Source: a virus (Duplodnaviria > Caudoviricetes). From it: a stretch of 59,661 nt of DNA. Location of the stretch: positions 1-59,661 of IMG/VR virus record IMGVR_UViG_3300049173_000082; one strand, given 5' to 3'. Positions 18,068 through 27,119 of the stretch are shown here, piece by piece. Position 1 is the first letter of the stretch; every line of letters begins with the position of its first letter. Position numbers and translations under genes: made by a program. The notes below the pieces were generated by a model. The model had not been told where the DNA came from, searched no databases, and saw only the letters and a list, made by a program, of their open reading frames with translations.

Positions 18068-18313
18068 CTACTGGCCGCCGCCCACAGAACCCCGCAGCGA
18101 GAGCAACTCGGTGTAGGCGGTGTCGTAGGCCGGATGCTCCGAACTCAGCCGATGCCGAGCCCCCTGCAGGCTCTCCAGGTCCTCAGGCTCGGACTCCCAA
18201 CCGGGATGCTGCGGTGGTTCGCGGTGGCGGCCGGGGTTGCCTGCAACGGCCATCTGGCGGAGGTAGGCCGCAGCGAGGGCGAGCAGCAGCGCGGCGAGCA
18301 AGCCGGGGATCAC
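18068..18313 (-). CDS. Small membrane protein
   Basis: VIPGLLAALLLALAAAYL N-terminal TM; GTGA coupling. Confidence 0.6.
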   Translation of the reverse strand: MIPGLLAALLLALAAAYLRQMAVAGNPGRHREPPQHPGWESEPEDLESLQGARHRLSSEHPAYDTAYTELLSLRGSVGGGQ

Positions 18314-19050
18314 GCGGCACGCTCCGGGAACTCGTCCCAAGTGCGGCCGTCGAGCTCGCGGCCGTTCGCTTTCGGGGTGTGGCCGCCCCACTGCTTATGG
18401 AAGAACGCCGTCCCTGACGCGAGGCAGTTGTCGCGGATCTCTCGCACCCAGTCAGCGTTGATCGGACGGGCACCAGGCCCGGACTCACCACCCGTGATGA
18501 CCCACGAGATGCCGTCGAGATGCAAGCCCGAGAGGGGGCCGATCAGCGGCTCGCACGACAGGAACCGGACGGCTGCGGGCACGCCACGAAGCTCGTCAAC
18601 GCGGTGAAGGACCTCGGCGTTCTCGACCGACACGCCCATCCAGACGTTCGCTGGCCACTGCAGCTGCGGGGCGAGCAGCCGGGCACGCCGGGCCCGTTTG
18701 GTCAGGACCTGGAAAGTGTGGCGCGGCGCCGCGGCCATCACGTCGAACACCTGCTGGATGAAGGTGAGCGGGACCTTGGCGTGGAACAGGTCGCTCATGG
18801 AGTTAACGAACACCATCTGCGGGGCACGCCAGCGGAACGGCTCCGCCAGAGAACCGGGGTGCACGGCGAGGCCAAAGCCCGGACCGCTGGTGCGCGGATC
18901 GCCGTCGATCTGGTACTTCGCCGAGCCCATGCCCTTGAGCCGCTTGGACATCTTCAAGGCGTAGCAGTTGTCGCAGCCCTTCGAGATGCGGTCGCAGCCA
19001 GTGGTGGGGTTCCAGACCTTCTGGGTCCACTCGATCGTCGTCGCGCTCAT
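18310..19050 (-). CDS. DUF5131 (phage Gp37/Gp68) family protein
   Basis: IEWTQKVWNPTTGCDRISKGCDNCYA, FVNSMSDLFH, FLSCEPL, WVITGGESG, FFHKQWGG. Confidence 0.92.
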   Translation of the reverse strand: MSATTIEWTQKVWNPTTGCDRISKGCDNCYALKMSKRLKGMGSAKYQIDGDPRTSGPGFGLAVHPGSLAEPFRWRAPQMVFVNSMSDLFHAKVPLTFIQQVFDVMAAAPRHTFQVLTKRARRARLLAPQLQWPANVWMGVSVENAEVLHRVDELRGVPAAVRFLSCEPLIGPLSGLHLDGISWVITGGESGPGARPINADWVREIRDNCLASGTAFFHKQWGGHTPKANGRELDGRTWDEFPERAA

Positions 19051-19086
19051 GTGCGTTGGTCCTCTCGTGCCCTCCTGGGCGATTGG

Positions 19087-19287
19087 TCACTTCTTGTCGC
19101 CGAGCCCCATCTGGAGCCGACGCGTCTCGGGGTCGAGGTGTGGCTTGCACCGCAGGCACGGCACGGGGTGGTCGGCGTCGCGGTCGATCCAGCCACTACG
19201 GCAGCGCGGGTCGTGGGAATCTGCCGGTGTGGCCCCTGGGTCATCAGGCGGGTCGGGTTCGGCGGGATCGCCGAAGCGGTTGGGCAT
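19087..19287 (-). CDS. Small hypothetical protein
   Basis: CRSGWIDRDADHPVPCLRCKPH. Confidence 0.6.
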   Translation of the reverse strand: MPNRFGDPAEPDPPDDPGATPADSHDPRCRSGWIDRDADHPVPCLRCKPHLDPETRRLQMGLGDKK

Positions 19288-19339
19288 GGTCAGCTCCACG
19301 AGGCGAAGGTGATGTCGGCGGCCGGGTGCGGGGCGACGT

Positions 19340-20479
19340 TCAGGAAGCACTGGACATCACCTGGGTCTCAAGCTCGGCGAGGAGCTGGCGCCGACGTTCG
19401 CGTTCCTGCTCGGAGGTGAGCTGCTCACGCGGCTCTTGTTGTGCACGGACCTGAGCGGCGGTCGGGACCTTCCGGCGCTGGGCGAACATTGCCCGCGCGG
19501 CTTCGCGAGCGACATCGCTGGCAGGAGCAGGCAGATCCTCGGCGTCACGCGGACTGACGTCGTTGACGACTGCGGTGGGTGCGCACCGCGCACGCTCGGC
19601 GGTCTCGGGCGGCTTCTCCGGCACCGGAATTGGCAGGTGCTCTGGTTCCAGGGCGCGAGAGAGATAGCTGGCAGGGTTCGTCTTGGCTCGCAGCATCCGA
19701 CCACGGAGGTGGATGTCGAGTTCGGCCGGCGCCAGGCCGTGTTCGGCGATCGCTGTATGTGCTTTCACCGCAAGTCCGGTTGCGACCGCGAGGCTGGGAC
19801 GTTGCCCGGCGGGCCACGGCAGCTCCGCGATCAACGTCAACGCTTCTGCCGGAATTGTCGTCGTAGCCGCGGCGAGCTCGGCGCGCCGAGCCGCGGTCTC
19901 CTCTTCCGTCCTCCCTCCCTCCCTTACGGTCGGGAGGACGGAAGAGGGAAGGGGTGGGACTGTGGTACCACCTTCCGCTACCTGAGTCCCACCTTCCGCT
20001 ACCTGAGTCCCACCTTCCGCGACCACAGTCCCACCTTCCGCGACTGTGATCCCACCTTCTTCGGCGATAGGCGGGCTCTCAGTCCCACCTTCCTGGGGTG
20101 AAGGTGGGACTGAGGTACCACCTTCACGGGTGCGATGGCAGCGCTTGCACCCGCAGTTCTCTGGAGCAGGAAAGACAGGCAACCGATACCGAGGTACACG
20201 GCCTCGATGACAGAAGACCGGATCGCCGTTCTTGTCAGTGCCCAGCCGGACGCGAACGTCCAGGTTCCGCCCAGCCAGGCGTTGCAGGACAACGCGAATG
20301 CTGCCGATCTTGACCCTTGTGCGGCGCGCAAGGTCAACCGTTGAGCGCTCGCACTCACGTCCGTCCAAGCGCTTGTCCTCGCCGCACCACTCGGCGATGG
20401 CGACGAGCACGAGCGTTTCAGCGGGCGTGAGTCCACCGGGCGCGTGATCGAGTACTTCCTCGACGAGCTGCCAGGTCAT
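19340..20479 (-). CDS. Replication initiator-like HTH protein with internal repeats
   Basis: LTPAETLVLVAIAE...STVDLARRT wHTH; central EGGT repeats; C-terminal NPASYLSRAL; RBS ggagg. Confidence 0.7.
   Translation of the reverse strand: MTWQLVEEVLDHAPGGLTPAETLVLVAIAEWCGEDKRLDGRECERSTVDLARRTRVKIGSIRVVLQRLAGRNLDVRVRLGTDKNGDPVFCHRGRVPRYRLPVFPAPENCGCKRCHRTREGGTSVPPSPQEGGTESPPIAEEGGITVAEGGTVVAEGGTQVAEGGTQVAEGGTTVPPLPSSVLPTVREGGRTEEETAARRAELAAATTTIPAEALTLIAELPWPAGQRPSLAVATGLAVKAHTAIAEHGLAPAELDIHLRGRMLRAKTNPASYLSRALEPEHLPIPVPEKPPETAERARCAPTAVVNDVSPRDAEDLPAPASDVAREAARAMFAQRRKVPTAAQVRAQQEPREQLTSEQERERRRQLLAELETQVMSSAS
19950..20128. repeat. Iteron-like array (candidate replication origin)
   Basis: ccaccttc cores at 19968, 19989, 20010, 20031, 20052 (21-bp period), 20085 and 20118, plus inverted ggtgggac copies near 19953 and 20103. 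Confidence 0.75.
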
Positions 20480-20514
20480 GGAGACGGCCTCCAGGTGCGT
20501 AGAGGGAGGCGCGG

Positions 20515-20793
20515 TCAAGCCGCGGCGGTGATGGTGGTGCTGTGGTTCGACTCGAGGCCGATCCGCTCACGGATGCGAACCGTGGTCGCTGTGGACATTC
20601 GGGTGTGCGTGGCAATCCGAACGTCGGTCCATCCGCAGTCGTGCACCAGGTGGTAGACGAGGTCCTCGCGGTCCTTTGTGGGCAGTGACTCGGCGGGCTC
20701 ACGACCCTCGACACACGCCACCCAGATCCAGTGGGACGCACGCGGGCGACCAAGTACCAACGCGGACGGCAGCGCCCGACGACGGCCGGTCAT
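20515..20793 (-). CDS. Small HTH-like protein
   Basis: GWTDVRIATHTRMSTATTVRIRERIGL. Confidence 0.7.
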   Translation of the reverse strand: MTGRRRALPSALVLGRPRASHWIWVACVEGREPAESLPTKDREDLVYHLVHDCGWTDVRIATHTRMSTATTVRIRERIGLESNHSTTITAAA

Positions 20794-21269
20794 GCCGCAG
20801 CCGCCAGTTGCAACGCGTGGGGCTTGGCCGGCACCCACTCCGTCTCGCCCGGCAACTCCCAGCGGTCACCGAACCGCCACACCGCCCACTCCTCGGGTGC
20901 GACGTCGTTCGGCACGAGCCAGCCCAGGTCGGTGCACGCGCGCCGGGCCTGGTTCTCGATCAGGTCATGGCACCCGCCTGGTGTGGTGGCCGATCCACAA
21001 ACCGTGACCAGGTTGCTCATCGTGTTCTTGCCGCCGCGGCCTCGCGGCAGAAGGTGCTGCAGGGAGTACGGACGGCCCGTGATGTCGCGCCCGCACTTCT
21101 GGCAGGTGTAGTTGTCGCGCCGCAGCACGGCGTCACGCATCTTTTTCGTGGGACCCGTGTAGCGCTGCATCCTCAGCGTGCTGGCGCGCTTGAGGCGTGC
21201 GGTCGCCTTGGTCTTGAACGGCGTGCGACGCAGAGGCGTGCGACGAGGCAAGGGTTTCGAAGGCTTCAT
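20790..21269 (-). CDS. HNH endonuclease
   Basis: VLRRDNYTCQKCG...QHLLPRGRGG..NLVTVCG..GCH. Confidence 0.88.
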   Translation of the reverse strand: MKPSKPLPRRTPLRRTPFKTKATARLKRASTLRMQRYTGPTKKMRDAVLRRDNYTCQKCGRDITGRPYSLQHLLPRGRGGKNTMSNLVTVCGSATTPGGCHDLIENQARRACTDLGWLVPNDVAPEEWAVWRFGDRWELPGETEWVPAKPHALQLAAAA

Positions 21270-21655
21270 GGCCGTCGCTCCCTCGTCAAAGAACGCAGCC
21301 AGCCCTCACCGCGTTCTGCCCAGCGGACGCACGGGTCGTATACGACGATGACCCGCGCACGCGCGCATCGGATCGCCTCGTCGGGAGCATCGGGATCGGG
21401 CTCGATGTCACCGATCGGCTCTGCCTGGTAGAGCGCGCCGTCTGGGTATGCCGCCGCGAATGCCTTGGCGCACGCCCGTTCAGTGGCGAGGTGGACACGG
21501 TCCGGGCGGATGTGGTCTGCGCCGTAGCCGGGCAGCGATCCGTAGCCCGTGAGCGTTCGCATCGCGCCAGATTCGGTGGCGGGGATGACGGAGTCGCCGG
21601 GGCGGAGACCGGGGAAGCCTCCGTGCCAGTAGCGAGGTGTCCTCTGTTTGCTCAT
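21266..21655 (-). CDS. Arr-like (rifampin ADP-ribosyltransferase fold) protein
   Basis: YWHGG..LRPGD...VHLAT..AKAFA...LYQAEPIGDIEPDPD. Confidence 0.65.
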   Translation of the reverse strand: MSKQRTPRYWHGGFPGLRPGDSVIPATESGAMRTLTGYGSLPGYGADHIRPDRVHLATERACAKAFAAAYPDGALYQAEPIGDIEPDPDAPDEAIRCARARVIVVYDPCVRWAERGEGWLRSLTRERRP

Positions 21656-22836
21656 GCCACACCCACACCAGGACGCGGACACAGCGCGGTACGGGTACGG
21701 CGGATGTGTTGTGCCGCGCGAGTCGCCAGGTCGTCGAGCGTGTACTTCTGGCCAGCGGTGACCCCGAGGGTGTCGCGGTCCTGATCGGACAGCAGTCCCG
21801 CGATATCCGTGTCGAGCGCACCGCCGACGTCGGCGAGCATGCGTTCCCATTCGGGCTGGACCTTGTCGCGATCGTCGAGCTGCAACCAGAGGTCCGTGAA
21901 AGCAGCGACACGCTCCGCTTCAGGTGGCAGCGGCTCACCTGAAGCGGCGGCCGGGCGTGGCGCAACGGTGGCCGCCCGCCGCGGTTGCTGACGGACGGTC
22001 TTCACCGCCTGCAGCAGGTGCGCCGGGCGCTCGCCGGGCAGTACCTGGTCGGCGTCCCACACACGAGGTTCAGGCGCACGCGTCTTCTCGTCGCATCCCG
22101 ACCAGTCCCAGATGAGCTTGGGCAGCGTGAACTGCGAGCGCAGCGCCTCGCGCTGGCTTCGGGTGAGCCGGTGATGGTGAGCAGTGTCGAGCACCACGAT
22201 CTCCGGCTCATCGTCACGGGTCAGCCGCACCCACGCGGTGACGTCGAACCCGAGCTGATCGTGGGCCTTGAGCGACCAGTGGCCATCAGGGGTGCGCACC
22301 TCGCGGGCGGTCATGACGACCGGCCCCGGCCAAGTGCGGATCTTCGCGATCAGCTGCTGGTGCCGGGCGGTCATCAGCGTGCGGATGTCCGGCCCGATCT
22401 CCACTGGAGCTTCCGAGGAGAACGCGGCAGCCGGGTCCAGGCCACGACCGGCGAGCACAGTCGCTTGTCGACGGCGTGCCTTCGCGCTGGCGGCGTCGTT
22501 CAGCATCGACCGCACGCCGCTCATCGACGTCACGATCAGCGCGACCGGCAGACCCGCTTCGCGGACCATCTCCCACACTGCGGTGAACTGCTCGTACATG
22601 TCGAGCCAGGTGCCGTCGTGGTCGATGATCTCGAAAGAGGCGCCGTCGGCCTGCGCGTACAGGTCGGCGTTGGAGTCGCTGCCGATCTCCAGCCAGTAGG
22701 ACGCGGCCAGGCGCGGATCGCCGGTCAGTTCAGCGGCAAGCCAGGCGGCATCGGTACCGGGCTCTCCGGAGAGCAGCGCTCGGTGGTGCCAGGTCGCGTT
22801 CTTGGCCGGTCGGCGTGTCGTTGGCTCAGCCATCAC
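21652..22836 (-). CDS. Degenerate AAA/RecA-like (Sak4-type) recombination protein
   Basis: Resembles actinophage AAA proteins (FEIIDHDGTW, GPVVMTARE), but Walker A is GEPGTDAA and Walker B is LIVTS. Confidence 0.55.
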   Translation of the reverse strand: MMAEPTTRRPAKNATWHHRALLSGEPGTDAAWLAAELTGDPRLAASYWLEIGSDSNADLYAQADGASFEIIDHDGTWLDMYEQFTAVWEMVREAGLPVALIVTSMSGVRSMLNDAASAKARRRQATVLAGRGLDPAAAFSSEAPVEIGPDIRTLMTARHQQLIAKIRTWPGPVVMTAREVRTPDGHWSLKAHDQLGFDVTAWVRLTRDDEPEIVVLDTAHHHRLTRSQREALRSQFTLPKLIWDWSGCDEKTRAPEPRVWDADQVLPGERPAHLLQAVKTVRQQPRRAATVAPRPAAASGEPLPPEAERVAAFTDLWLQLDDRDKVQPEWERMLADVGGALDTDIAGLLSDQDRDTLGVTAGQKYTLDDLATRAAQHIRRTRTALCPRPGVGVA

Positions 22837-23462
22837 TCGTCACCGGCCATCGCCACGATGATCGTGTCCAACTTGAACCGCTCGTCCGCGCGCAACGTCT
22901 CGACGATGTCGGTAGCGGGCCCGTAGTACTTCACGCTCAGGTACGAATCGGGCTGCGTCACCTTGATCCCAGGGGGCGCGTTCTCGCCAACCTCGCCGCC
23001 GAATCCGATCGGCTGGCCGGCCTGCTTGGCCTTCTGCACCAGCTCGTGCAGCACGTAGTCCGGAACCTCGACGACCTCTTCGAGCATGTGCTTCGCGTGG
23101 CTGCGGATAACGTTGATCACTTCACGCTCGGGCACCTCCGGGGAGACGCGAATGCGGTGCTCCGCCTTCTCCGCGTAGTGCGCCAGCACCCACGCTGCAG
23201 CCTTCGACTGATCCTCGACACAGGCTTGGTAAGCCATTTCGGTCGCGGTGGCCTTCCAGCCCTTCCACTCCTTCTTGCCGAGGTGCTGCGGGTCGTACAC
23301 CGACCGGCTTCCGCCAGGCCCCAGCGCGGTGGTGAGCCGCTGGCGGATCCGCCCCTCGACCTCTTCCAGCTTCTCGCGTTCGCTCTGCACCACGCCGAGC
23401 GCCTTGGTCAGCCAGTCCTGCTCGATCACGTCTTGGCCCGGTACGGGCTGGTCCTCTGACAT
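22833..23462 (-). CDS. Hypothetical protein (recombination-module partner)
   Basis: 209 aa, RBS aggag, coupled to the AAA-like gene. Confidence 0.75.
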   Translation of the reverse strand: MSEDQPVPGQDVIEQDWLTKALGVVQSEREKLEEVEGRIRQRLTTALGPGGSRSVYDPQHLGKKEWKGWKATATEMAYQACVEDQSKAAAWVLAHYAEKAEHRIRVSPEVPEREVINVIRSHAKHMLEEVVEVPDYVLHELVQKAKQAGQPIGFGGEVGENAPPGIKVTQPDSYLSVKYYGPATDIVETLRADERFKLDTIIVAMAGDE

Positions 23463-23575
23463 GGGGCATCTCCTGTTTTCGGGTACGCGAAATACGCCGC
23501 TTGTCGCGTGAGCGACAGGGCTGAAGTGGTTCAGGGGGTCGGGCTACGAGGCCCAGAGAAATGCGGTGCGCAGGG

Positions 23576-24025
23576 TTATGCGGACTCGGGGTGCTGCATC
23601 GGGTCGTCGCAGCCGCCGAGGTACGCGAGCAGTTCGGCGCCCCGGATCTTCACGCGCATGGTCGGGCCGTCGGCGGGCTTGATGCGGCCGGCTTGCACGA
23701 GACGGCGGGCCGCGTAGTACGACAGGTCGAGGAACGTGCCGAGTTCGCCCAGGCTGTACTCGACATCCGGGTCGATGACGTCGCGGTAGTCAACCAGGGT
23801 GCGCGCATTCCACAGGCCAGCGGCGAGAACGGCCGGGCCACTAACGACGTACCGGCGGCCGGTGTGCCGGGCCGCCAGGCTGCCGTTGTGGATGCGGCGG
23901 CGCAGCGCGTCCTTGGACTCGCCCGTCACCGAGGACAGTTCCTCGAGCGAGTAGGCGACCTTCACGATGCGTACGCGCCGCTCCTGGACGACGACGGCGA
24001 GACGGGACGCTTCGGCGGTCGTCAT
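23576..24025 (-). CDS. Tandem excisionase-type (HTH_17) DNA-binding protein
   Basis: YSLEELSSVTGES..LRRRIHNGSL and YSLGELGTFLDLS..RRLVQAGRI. Confidence 0.75.
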   Translation of the reverse strand: MTTAEASRLAVVVQERRVRIVKVAYSLEELSSVTGESKDALRRRIHNGSLAARHTGRRYVVSGPAVLAAGLWNARTLVDYRDVIDPDVEYSLGELGTFLDLSYYAARRLVQAGRIKPADGPTMRVKIRGAELLAYLGGCDDPMQHPESA

Positions 24026-24381
24026 GCCGACACCTGGGCGAGCTCGTGAAGCTGCTCGCGCATGGCCTTGATCTCCTCGAGCTTGGTCGTCGCGTCCCTC
24101 AAGCGGACTGAGAGCACGCTGACCAGGCCGTCGATCTCATCGAACATCTCGATCGGTGACGTGGCGAAGGGCACATCTGCGCGCAGCTCGTCGTAGGGCA
24201 CGCCGAGCTCGATGGCGAGGGCGGCGATGGTTTCTTCGGAGGGGTGGCGGTCGCCGCGGGCGTAGGCGGTCACGGACTGCCTGCTGATTCCGACTCGTTT
24301 GGCCAGTTCGGTGTAGCTCAGGCCAGACCGGCGGACCGCGCTCTTGAGGCTCGGCCACGGTTGCGGGGGAGCATTCATCAT
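24022..24381 (-). CDS. Cro-like XRE HTH regulator
   Basis: GLSYTELAKRVGISRQSVTAYARGDRHPS; divergent from the repressor. Confidence 0.85.
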   Translation of the reverse strand: MMNAPPQPWPSLKSAVRRSGLSYTELAKRVGISRQSVTAYARGDRHPSEETIAALAIELGVPYDELRADVPFATSPIEMFDEIDGLVSVLSVRLRDATTKLEEIKAMREQLHELAQVSA

Positions 24382-24421
24382 GTCGCCACATTAGCGCTAC
24401 TGCCGGACACAAACAAGCATT
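24382..24421 (-). promoter_or_regulatory. Early lytic promoter for cro (probably leaderless transcript)
   Basis: Minus strand TTGTTT-N17-TAATGT, 6 nt before the cro ATG. Confidence 0.78.
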
Positions 24422-24492
24422 TCTGTCCTGGCGGGTTTCCTGCAACCGTTTGGACGTGGCGCGACACACGAGTGTGCAGGATGATGCGCAGC

Positions 24493-25011
24493 ATGACTGT
24501 CAGGGAGCGCGACCCTGGCACGTGGCCGCTTGGACCCGTGCTCAAGGCCCAGCGAGAGAAGCTCGGCCTGTCGTTCACCAAACTTGCCGAGCGCTCAGGC
24601 CTCGGCCGCGCCACCGTCACCTACTACGAAACCGGGTTCCGCGCGGACAACGGGGATCCGGTCAACCCGACGGTCAAGATCCTGCGCCCACTGGCCGAGG
24701 CGTTGGAGCTCGATCTCGACTACGTGCTCGAGGTCGCCGAACTCAAGCACGCGCGGCGCAAGACCGACGAAGAAGCAGCAGCCGAGGTCGCTCGCCGCTC
24801 GGCGCACCTGGCCGACCGCATTGCCCAGCTGGACCCCAAGTTCCGCAGCGCGGTCGAGACGATCGTCGACGAGTATTTGAGAGCGCAAGGCTTCATCGAC
24901 GACGTGGTCGAGGTTCGGCCAGGCCCGGCTGAACTCCGCAGCGCGGCCTCGGCGGCGGGACCGGACGAGCTACCGCTCGGTAACCGCACGAGTGATCAGC
25001 TGTCGACGTAG
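24493..25011 (+). CDS. Immunity repressor (XRE HTH)
   Basis: LKAQREKLGLSFTKLAERSGLGRATVTYYETG...NPTVKILRPLAEAL; start could be 24481, 24484 or 24493. Confidence 0.85.
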   Translation: MTVRERDPGTWPLGPVLKAQREKLGLSFTKLAERSGLGRATVTYYETGFRADNGDPVNPTVKILRPLAEALELDLDYVLEVAELKHARRKTDEEAAAEVARRSAHLADRIAQLDPKFRSAVETIVDEYLRAQGFIDDVVEVRPGPAELRSAASAAGPDELPLGNRTSDQLST

Positions 25012-25012
25012 G

Positions 25013-25264
25013 TCAGGGCGATCTGCGCTTGAGTTCGCGCTCGTGGTTGGAGTCGCTCAGCGCGTCGGCGAGCATCCCCCGTTCCGTGCTGCCGTTGACG
25101 GTGCCGCAGGGATAGATGCGCACGATGCGGTAGGCGCCGTTGGGCAGTAGCACTTGGGCTACGCCAACGAAGTTGGCGACAAGGCTGCCAGGCGGACAGT
25201 CGCTTATGTCGCCGAGCAGCTCGCGCGAAATGGATCCGCTGGGGCTGTCGTCGATCTCAGTCAC
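25013..25264 (-). CDS. Hypothetical protein
   Basis: 83 aa ORF convergent on the repressor. Confidence 0.5.
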   Translation of the reverse strand: MTEIDDSPSGSISRELLGDISDCPPGSLVANFVGVAQVLLPNGAYRIVRIYPCGTVNGSTERGMLADALSDSNHERELKRRSP

Positions 25265-25509
25265 CTGATCCCCCGATCCCAGTGATGGATGCGCACACAG
25301 GGTTTGCCTGGCGCCAGACCACCTAAGCAGGACCACGAGGGGGACTGCATGCTCCCGCAATTAGTCCATACCGGACTTCACCCAGATGCGTGAACATGCC
25401 CGGTCACTGTCCGAAGTGTCGTGCATTCGTTAGCGTCGGCACCGTAACTAGTTGCGCGTACAAGCGTTATGGGGGCCGCGCATACGCGCGGTTGCGTGCA
25501 CTGGCGCGG

Positions 25510-25764
25510 CAAGATCAACCCACGGATCCCCCACCGCTTTGGCGCGCAACGTCAGCCCCTGCATGGTTGCGCACAATCGCGATCGATGATCGTCTAGACA
25601 GGTGGCCGCGTGCTGCCGCAACCCCTCGCTTATCCCCGCAATGCCTATGCACGACCCATGTAGTTGTGAAGAACTACCCGTCTGCTACGGTGTTGTGGCT
25701 GGTAGAGGGAACGCGGGCAGCCGCGATCGGCGGGATTTCAAGATCAACCCACCGAATACCCACC
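25510..25764. other. Putative attP (arm-type repeats flanking a core inverted repeat)
   Basis: caagatcaacccac at 25510-25523 and 25739-25752; GTAGTT-gtgaag-AACTAC at 25660-25677; non-coding and adjacent to int. Confidence 0.6.
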
Positions 25765-25776
25765 TCTGAATAGTCC

Positions 25777-27036
25777 ATGGAGGACAGGATGGGAGCACCA
25801 CCGCTCGGCATCGGAGAACACGGAAAGATCAACACTTCTCGTCTTTCCCCCGAAGGTGAGACCCCCGAGAAGTGGCGCGCCTACTGCCTGTATCGCGGCA
25901 AGGACGGCAAGACCACGAAGCCCGAGCGCCGCGGTGAAGGACCAGACGCCGAGATGGCGCAGAAGGCCGCCATCGCCAGCCTCAAGAAGCATCTGCGCGA
26001 GCTCAACGGCAGCACCGTCACCAAGCTCGCACGCAACACCCGCCTCCGCGTCGCCGTGCTCCGCTACCTCGAGGGCGTCCAGAAACGGCGCAAAGGCACC
26101 ACATACGACCTGTACCGGCGATGGGCCAACGCGCGCATCATCCCCGACATCGGCGACCTGACCCTCGCCGAGTGCACCGCCGGCCGACTGCAGGACTACC
26201 TCGACGACCTCGCCGAGAAGCCCAGCGCGAAGACCGGCACGCCACTGGCGGCCAACTCGCGGCGCTCCATCCGCAAGGTCATCAACGGCACGCTGAAGCT
26301 CGCCATCCGAGACGGCGCACTCACCGTCAACCCCGTCACCGCGCTCGAACCCATCGAGGGCACCGCGAAGCCACCCCGCGGGTACGACGCCGAGGAAGCC
26401 GCGGCGTTCTTCGACAAGCTCGACGCCGACCGGATCGCGAACGCCTACGGTCACGCCGACCTGATCAAGTTCCAGTTCGAGACCGGTGCCCGCATCGGCG
26501 AGGCCCTGGCGGTGCGCTGGTGCGACGTCAACCTCACCGAGCAGCCCGTCGAGGTTGAGCACCCGGTCTTCGGCAGGTGGACGATCCCGCCGTGGACGGT
26601 GTGGTTCAACGGCAACATGGTGCGTGTGGCCGGCAAGGGCGTCATGCGGCACGGCGGCAAGACCCCGTCCTCGGTGGATCTGGTCGGGATGCCTCCCGCG
26701 CTGTGCGTCAGGCTGCTGGTCCAGCGGCCCGCGGGCGCGAAGCCCGAGGACCCGCTCTTCCCGAACACGAAGGGGACGTTCCGCTGCCCAAGCAGCACCC
26801 AGACCAACATCCGGCGACTGCGCAAGCGGATCGGCTTCCCGGACTTCACCACGCACTACGGACGACGCACCTACGGCACCGCGCTCGACTTCGCTGGCCA
26901 GACCGCGCGGCAGGTCGCTGACGGACTCAGGAAGGCATCCGTCGCCGACACCCAGAAGTCCTACATGATCCGCGGCCTCAAAAACCCCGAAGCGGTAGCC
27001 GCCATCAACACCTTCTTCACCAGGCAGAAGAGCTGA
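25777..27036 (+). CDS. int: Tyrosine integrase
   Basis: TGARIGEALAVRW, GKTPSS, THYGRRTYGT, TQKSY; N-terminal arm-binding region; real start may be 25789. Confidence 0.93.
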   Translation: MEDRMGAPPLGIGEHGKINTSRLSPEGETPEKWRAYCLYRGKDGKTTKPERRGEGPDAEMAQKAAIASLKKHLRELNGSTVTKLARNTRLRVAVLRYLEGVQKRRKGTTYDLYRRWANARIIPDIGDLTLAECTAGRLQDYLDDLAEKPSAKTGTPLAANSRRSIRKVINGTLKLAIRDGALTVNPVTALEPIEGTAKPPRGYDAEEAAAFFDKLDADRIANAYGHADLIKFQFETGARIGEALAVRWCDVNLTEQPVEVEHPVFGRWTIPPWTVWFNGNMVRVAGKGVMRHGGKTPSSVDLVGMPPALCVRLLVQRPAGAKPEDPLFPNTKGTFRCPSSTQTNIRRLRKRIGFPDFTTHYGRRTYGTALDFAGQTARQVADGLRKASVADTQKSYMIRGLKNPEAVAAINTFFTRQKS

Positions 27037-27048
27037 CAAACGCAACAA

Positions 27049-27081
27049 GGCCCCCGCACACCACTCAGGTGTGCGGGGGCC
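27049..27081. terminator. Bidirectional terminator between int and the tail fibre gene
   Basis: ggcccccgcacacc-actca-ggtgtgcgggggcc, 14-bp stem. Confidence 0.85.
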
Positions 27082-27119
27082 GCGTGTGTGATAGCCGAGC
27101 CAGGGGGCAACGGTCCCGG

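Noticed and set aside
19968-20128. Possible CRISPR array
   Set aside because: 21-bp tandem period without unique spacers, inside a CDS, no cas genes
25744-27048. 434-aa minus-strand ORF
   Set aside because: Mirror of the integrase
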